Shown here: in pieces, positions 59,861 to 64,000 of the stretch
How the letters are laid out: each line of letters begins with the position of its first letter
Position numbering within the stretch: position 1 is the stretch's first letter
Assembly: GCA_963782525.1 (NCBI GenBank)
Contig: CAWAKC010000007.1
Span: forward strand, 320,001 to 384,000
Reading direction: 5' to 3'
Length of the DNA stretch: 64,000 nucleotides
From: Candidatus Bathyarchaeota archaeon
Lineage (GTDB): Archaea > Thermoproteota > Bathyarchaeia > Bathyarchaeales > Bathycorpusculaceae
Program-made: the position numbers and the translations under genes
Notes under the pieces: generated by a model
The model's database searches: none
The model's input: only the letters and a program-made list of their open reading frames with translations
Told to the model about the DNA's origin: nothing

Positions 59861-60410
59861 CCAAAATTTGCGCGTTCTGAGGAGGCAGTGAAGCAACATC
59901 CTCCGCCACGAACGGTCCATAGGATTTCATGTCTGCACCCATAATCGCAGGTATACTCTTCAGGAACCTTACAGTTGACCGATGGGCTCGCGTCGGTTCT
60001 GCAGGGTCTGTTGATTCAACTTTAATTATGACTTTAATCGGCTCCGACACTAATTGCCCTTGCATTAAGCCGCCGGCAAATTTTTTGTAGGATTTTGAGA
60101 AATCGGCGAAGGTTTCGCACATCTTGGCTTCTTCAAACGTCAAGAGTTCAACGGGCAGCTTTTGGCTTTTAGTTACAGTTTTGATGATTTTTCTGTACCT
60201 GACCTCGAGCAGTTCCTCAAGCATTCGCTCAACGTTCTGCGCTTCATGGGTAAGCAGGTTCATTTTGACAGATTTTTTGTCGAGAATTTTGTCTTCTTCT
60301 TTTATCCGCTTTAGGTACTCGCCGATTTTGCGGTAAAAATCCGTTTGCAGTGCCCCAAGCGTTGGGTCGTCGATTTCCCGTTGCCAGGCCGCATAGAGTT
60401 CATTGTACAT
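59823..60410 (-). CDS. GINS complex subunit (Gins51-type)
   Basis: Helical A-domain, then B-domain VRFLKSIPAIMGADMKSYGPF..LPPQNA. Lies downstream of priS. Confidence 0.9.
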   Translation of the reverse strand: MYNELYAAWQREIDDPTLGALQTDFYRKIGEYLKRIKEEDKILDKKSVKMNLLTHEAQNVERMLEELLEVRYRKIIKTVTKSQKLPVELLTFEEAKMCETFADFSKSYKKFAGGLMQGQLVSEPIKVIIKVESTDPAEPTRAHRSTVRFLKSIPAIMGADMKSYGPFVAEDVASLPPQNAQILVKQGLAVLVETS

Positions 60411-61636
60411 TACTTTGCCACCTCAGCTCTTCTCTTACAGATAAGCATAACCGCCGCAGCAACCGGCAACTCAACAGTTTGATTTTTGTATGGACCCAAC
60501 GTTTCCCCACTCAACTTAAACTCTGGTGCATCAAACACCAACACCTTCACCTTGCCCTTTTTAAAAGCTACCGCTCCAGTGAATGGGTCAAAATCCTGCA
60601 GGTCTTTGGCGGGGAATTCGATTTTTTTTAAGCCTGTTTTGCCGTGTAGAGTGCCGTTCATGCGGATTAGGCGGTGGATGTCGGTGGTGACTACGGTGTC
60701 AATCTTTGAGGACTGCTGGTCTTTGACGTATTCGGCTAGTTTTAGCCACGTTTGTACACTTACGCCGTTAATGCTTTCCCATCTGCCCTCTTTGATAGCT
60801 CGATTAACTATTGTGTCCCTGTTTTCTAGCAATGCCTTGTTCTTTAGGCCGACAGCTCTGAGATCTTCTTTAGTAGCTTTAACAAGAAACTCCTGCATCC
60901 CAATTTTTAAGAGCCTATTCCAGCCGAAATTGTGCAGACTAAACTTTTTAGTTGCTGACCTTTTCCCACGTTTCTTCTCTTGCTTCTTGTCGAGAATGCT
61001 AATGCCCAAACCCGTAACGTAATCGACGATTTCTTTTCTCGCCATCGCATCAAGTGACCGCACAATTTCATTTTCAATGTGAACGTGGTAACCGCGGTGA
61101 CCAGAAAAATAAACGTGCATCTCATCTTGGGAGAAGCCGAAGTCGTTTCCTAACATGTCGAGGAGTTTGGCGGTTTCTTCTCGGGCAGATTGAATACACA
61201 AGTCACAGGCCCATATCTTGGTTTCAAACTTGGATGCTTCACAGCAGGGGCAGATTTCGGGGGTGATTCCTCTGCCTTCAAAGCCGCATTTTACGCATCT
61301 GAATTCGTCGTGGATTTTGTTGCATGTGGTTGGGATGTGGTCGGCGTCTATGTCGAAGACTAAGTCGGCGCCTATCCAGCCTTTTTTGTCCATGTCAAAG
61401 TCGGGGTTTTCGTAGTAAGCGCAGGAATGATAAACATCCGACGGCACCGTTTCAGCCAGCATTGACCTAAACGTTTTGAATTCCGTGAACCTTCGGTGTC
61501 TAACCATGAATCGTTCTTTGAACATAAGGTAAGCGAATTCTCGCTGCTCGGGAAGGGTTGTTGCAGGAATCACTGTCGAGGGGTCGCGGTAGTAATCGGT
61601 GAACTTTTGGTAAACGAATTCTCGAGAAGCCTCCAT
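60410..61636 (-). CDS. priS: DNA primase small subunit
   Basis: DLVFDIDADH, FSGHRGYH and IDTVVTTDIHRLIR motifs. Confidence 0.97.
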   Translation of the reverse strand: MEASREFVYQKFTDYYRDPSTVIPATTLPEQREFAYLMFKERFMVRHRRFTEFKTFRSMLAETVPSDVYHSCAYYENPDFDMDKKGWIGADLVFDIDADHIPTTCNKIHDEFRCVKCGFEGRGITPEICPCCEASKFETKIWACDLCIQSAREETAKLLDMLGNDFGFSQDEMHVYFSGHRGYHVHIENEIVRSLDAMARKEIVDYVTGLGISILDKKQEKKRGKRSATKKFSLHNFGWNRLLKIGMQEFLVKATKEDLRAVGLKNKALLENRDTIVNRAIKEGRWESINGVSVQTWLKLAEYVKDQQSSKIDTVVTTDIHRLIRMNGTLHGKTGLKKIEFPAKDLQDFDPFTGAVAFKKGKVKVLVFDAPEFKLSGETLGPYKNQTVELPVAAAVMLICKRRAEVAK

Positions 61637-61813
61637 AACCCCACCCTCTTGTTAACGATATGATTATCCGGCTTGCCTAAATTTAACTTTAGCCGAAAAA
61701 ACCCGTTTAACCAAACATTGGATTTGAGGAAGTTATTGAGGTTGGTTAGCGTTAATATGATAGCAAAAATTTTTATTTTCGATACATAAATGCAGTTTTG
61801 AGGAAAAAATAAA

Positions 61814-62466
61814 ATGAGTAGCTTAGAATCTAACAAGAACTTAGCTGGCATCGGCTCCATGTTACTGTTGTTTCCAGTCGTCAGCATCGTCGGAATAATC
61901 TACTTTACTTAAGCATCAAAGGACTATCAGAGTACTACAAGGATGAAAGCATCTACAGAGATGCCCTCCGCGGCGTAATCTACGCAATCATCGCATTAGT
62001 CGCCATCGCAGTTGCAGTGCCACTATTCATAATCGGCGGCATGTTCAGTGTCTTCACTTTAGGTCCATTCGGCATAGGACTCGGATTAATCTCTCTGCTC
62101 CTGTTAGTTGTCATTGTTTTCATATTCTACGTTCTTGCAGCTATGCAATTACAAAAAGCCTTCAACAACCTCGCACAGAAAACAGGCGAACACATTTTTG
62201 AAACCGCTGGAATGCTCTTATTCATAGGTGCCATACTGACGATAGTGTTCTTTATCGGCTTAATTTTGATTTTTATCGCTTGGATAATCGCGACTATAGC
62301 GTTCTTCAGCATAAAAGTTCCAACGCAATCATACGCTTACGCTCAGCCAACAGCATCAACAGCTCCAACGACACAACCAAGCCGATATTGCCCAAACTGC
62401 GGTGCACCCCAAGACCCAAACGCAACCTTCTGCTCCTACTGCGGAAAACAGTTGCCCCCAGCCTAA
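61814..62466 (+). pseudogene. DUF996 membrane protein with a C-terminal zinc ribbon, frameshifted near 61900
   Basis: The ATG 61814 frame MSSLESNKNLAGIGS..VGII stops at 61910, while the -1 frame continues LLYLSIKGLSEYYKD.. into ORF 62017..62466. Could be an assembly error. Confidence 0.75.
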
Positions 62467-62556
62467 ACCTACCCATTTTTTACTTTTCTTGTGGCTGCCG
62501 AATGTAACCACATACGTTTAAGAGATAAACCAACTCGCTTTATTTGGGGGCGTTTC

Positions 62557-62757
62557 ATGGAAAGAAAACCACCTTACGGCAAAAGAATTAAGGACTTATC
62601 CAAAATACCTAAAGCACCACCGCTGCATGAAGAACCTCTACGTGGAATAAACCCGGGCAAGATAGTCTGTACGATTTGTGGAAAAACATTTTCAAACAAA
62701 AGTCAATTGGATCGGCACATGATAACTGAGCATGAATTGGACGAAGAAAAAGAGTAG
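62557..62757 (+). CDS. Small C2H2 zinc-finger protein
   Basis: CTICGKTFSNKSQLDRHMITEH. Confidence 0.8.
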   Translation: MERKPPYGKRIKDLSKIPKAPPLHEEPLRGINPGKIVCTICGKTFSNKSQLDRHMITEHELDEEKE

Positions 62758-62976
62758 CATTGAAGACTTTAGGTTGTTTTTCGATTTTGAAATTTTTGGC
62801 TGCTTGTTTTGTGCTCTGTCGGCTAATCGTAAATGTAATATGGTAATTTGGGGACAAAGTGTCTTCTGAAATGCCATTTTACTTGAAGGATAAATCTGAC
62901 GATGAAAGGTTTGTTCCTGTCCGAATTCATCTTCAACTGGTACCATTCAATAACAGAATAAAATTTAATGATTAGT

Positions 62977-63054
62977 TGGTGCTCCGGCCGGGATTTGGAC
63001 CCGGGTCGCCGACTCGAAAGGCCAGTATACTTGACCGGACTATACTACCGGAGC
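62977..63054 (-). tRNA. tRNA-Glu(TTC), CCA encoded
   Basis: GCTCCGG/CCGGAGC acceptor stem, CTTTCGA anticodon loop, T-loop TCCAAAT. Confidence 0.92.
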
Positions 63055-63116
63055 GCTTTACAACAAAGCATCAACCAGAATGCTTTTTCCCTCGAATAAA
63101 CCTTACCCTTCCAGAA

Positions 63117-63641
63117 TTATACTTTAACTAACTGGCTTGTCGGCTTTGGTTTTTTTGGGGCAAATAAATGAGCCGTTATTTGCTCAACAAGTTTAGCTTG
63201 GGTTGCACTGGTTTTTTCGAGTTCTTGGATTCTTTTTTCAAGATCGTTGGACATGATTTTGCCCTCGATGCGGTTTGAGCTGCGGAACATGAGTAGCATC
63301 TTGAACACTTCATCGATTGCTCTCCGTTGTTCTTCTGAGGATGCAGGTTTTATTCCTGCAACTATCGAAAGGAGGTCCACATAGTGTTCTTTGATTTTTA
63401 ACTCCGCATTAACTGAAGGGTCGGTTGGGAACGCGATGCTAAGCGGCGTCTTCTTAGCTAATTCAGCGGCAGTTGGGAAACGGATGATTATATCTCCTCT
63501 TATCCAGGAAGACACAAACTCTAAAACAAAGCGTTGAATATCTTCTTGTGAGTAAAGCAAGGATGACTCTGGCTTTGGCTCAGGTTTTCTTTTGATTCGG
63601 ACACTTATGATTTTTTTGTCGTCTGCATTATCCTTCGACAT
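63117..63641 (-). CDS. Hypothetical protein with a C-terminal coiled coil
   Basis: Long ORF with protein-like composition. No family recognised. Confidence 0.65.
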   Translation of the reverse strand: MSKDNADDKKIISVRIKRKPEPKPESSLLYSQEDIQRFVLEFVSSWIRGDIIIRFPTAAELAKKTPLSIAFPTDPSVNAELKIKEHYVDLLSIVAGIKPASSEEQRRAIDEVFKMLLMFRSSNRIEGKIMSNDLEKRIQELEKTSATQAKLVEQITAHLFAPKKPKPTSQLVKV

Positions 63642-63715
63642 AAAGTTCCCTTCTAAGCGTTCTCCGTGTTGTTTTCTTAAGCAACACCTAGTATTTAAGA
63701 AAAAGCGTCTGCGGC

Positions 63716-64000
63716 CTAGAAAGAAATTTTGGCGGCTGAAGGAATCTTGCCCAAGATCTTCGCTGTTGCCTTCTCAACCCTTGCTCTATCTGCTTCTGAG
63801 GTGTAGACGCGCAGGATATTCATGAAGCCTTTGAGGGTTTCAAAAATCTTCGAACTCTCGCTTAGCCGCTGAAGTTTCTTTTCTCCCCCTGGACTTCTCG
63901 TAAACACTGGAATCTCGGTTGACTCCATGAGCACCGCATGGTGGTAGGGAACAGATGGTACGGTTGGCACATCGATAATAACGGAATCTAATTCCACGCC
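63716..64000 (-). CDS. C-terminus of an HD-superfamily phosphohydrolase (COG1078-like), partial
   Basis: VIIDVPTVPSVPYH..NILRVYT resembles the C-terminus of this family. Runs off the window end. Confidence 0.6.
   Translation of the reverse strand, partial: GVELDSVIIDVPTVPSVPYHHAVLMESTEIPVFTRSPGGEKKLQRLSESSKIFETLKGFMNILRVYTSEADRARVEKATAKILGKIPSAAKISF

Noticed and set aside
61190-61330. Extra Cys-rich insert in PriS as a novel domain or intein
   Set aside because: No intein motifs. It is an extension of the variable primase zinc-binding region.

Overview
Archaeal chromosomal window, most consistent with a TACK archaeon of the Bathyarchaeia/Thaumarchaeota-related type. This is an inference from PolD together with Elf1, a thaumarchaeosortase-like gene and an intron-containing tRNA-Ser. 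Most of the window is housekeeping: rpl3-rpl4-rpl23-rpl2-rps19, the srp54-pus10-rpl21e-rpo4-DUF655-ksgA cluster, eIF5A, Nob1, PolD DP1 and DP2, GINS, PriS, Csl4-Rpo11-TFS, ppsA, ahcY, nadE and GGGP synthase. It contains a replication origin, with ORB elements and an AT-rich DUE upstream of cdc6 at about 44.6-45.2 kb. The most interesting part is a three-gene module directly beside oriC. It encodes a membrane-anchored coiled-coil winged-helix protein and two small DNA-binding-like proteins, embedded in two different arrays of iterated DNA motifs, and is a candidate origin-tethering or segregation system. Other accessory signals: an integrase-less island in tRNA-Ser carrying a decaying GH17 beta-glucan module, a GTAG-REP-like hairpin array, a dispersed element ending in a tRNA T-arm-like motif with a covarying hairpin, a three-copy ~70 bp repeat with an ORB-like core, and an unannotated C/D-box sRNA. 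All protein calls come from recognised motifs and gene context; no database search was run.
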